Shown here: piece by piece, positions 61,137-61,662 of the stretch | Numbering within the stretch: the first letter of the stretch is position 1 | How the letters are laid out: every line of letters starts with the position of its first letter | DNA from: a virus | Taxonomy: Duplodnaviria; Caudoviricetes | Length of the DNA stretch: 61,662 bases | IMG/VR virus record: IMGVR_UViG_3300035665_000034 | Coordinates: 1 to 61,662 of that record | Direction: 5' to 3' (one strand) | Made by a program: the position numbers and the translations under genes | The notes under the pieces: generated by a model | What the model saw: only the letters and a program-made list of their open reading frames with translations | What the model was told of the DNA's origin: nothing | The model's database searches: none

Positions 61137-61662
61137 TCAGTCCATGTACGCGAGCCCGCCCGGGATCGCGTCGGTGTCGAGGCGCATCGAGAACGTGAGC
61201 GCGATGCGCTGGAACCCGTCGTCGGAGACGATGCGCCTGCGCTCAATCGGGCAGCCCCATCCGCTCGGCGTGCCCGGGTCTTGAACGAACAGGCACGCCT
61301 CGGCGTCGACGGGCGATGCCGGGATCGAGTAGTCGAGGATCGGGATCCACGCGCGAAGCGTCCCGTCGGGGCGAGCGCCCGCGAAGCACGCCTCGATTGC
61401 GTCGGCGATGTCGTCGACGACGACGCCGAACGCGTCGCCGGTCGAGCCGCCCTTCGGCCCGACGCGGTTCCACACGTCGATCTGGACGACGGACAGGCCG
61501 TTGCGCCCCGCCTTCTCGTCGATCCACGTCAACGTGACGAAGGCGTCGGGCGGCTCGGCCTTCGGGTCGGCCATGAGGTCACCGTCACCCCACGCATAGT
61601 CGTAGACCACGGGCACGTTGATCGCGCGCGCTGCGCCGGTCGCCGTGACGGTGTTCACCGGA
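61137..61662 (-). CDS. tail terminator/completion-like protein (5' end may lie outside window)
   Basis: VVQIDVW...VDDIADAI pattern; upstream of tube gene. Confidence 0.5.
   Translation of the reverse strand, partial: PVNTVTATGAARAINVPVVYDYAWGDGDLMADPKAEPPDAFVTLTWIDEKAGRNGLSVVQIDVWNRVGPKGGSTGDAFGVVVDDIADAIEACFAGARPDGTLRAWIPILDYSIPASPVDAEACLFVQDPGTPSGWGCPIERRRIVSDDGFQRIALTFSMRLDTDAIPGGLAYMD

Overview
High-GC dsDNA tailed-phage sequence, probably most of one genome, with almost all genes on the minus strand. No integrase, tRNA, rRNA or CRISPR array was found. From left to right it holds: a partial terminase large subunit, a tail protein, a MuF-like head protein, the portal and a ParB+Mom DNA-modification pair; a ~16 kb accessory/early region (7.7-23.4 kb); a T4-like recombination/replication module built around DnaE (23.4-42.6 kb); an AT-rich candidate origin; lysis genes; gp23-like capsid and gp21-like protease genes; tail genes; and a tape measure plus frameshifting tail chaperone on the opposite strand. 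The most striking structure is non-coding. (1) Thirteen copies of a ~100-145 bp intergenic repeat fill the stop-to-start gaps between small genes. Each carries a putative promoter and RBS, usually includes the upstream gene's stop codon, and the copies are sequence mosaics of one another, suggesting a recombination-shuffled expression-cassette array. (2) Eight copies of an ECF-type promoter, CGTAAA-N17-CGTA(T/C), precede mainly replication genes and match a phage sigma factor with a shortened region 4. (3) There is a second hairpin repeat with a compensatory base change, a pseudoknot leader and iteron-like repeats. All annotations come from motif recognition by eye; no database search or computation was run.
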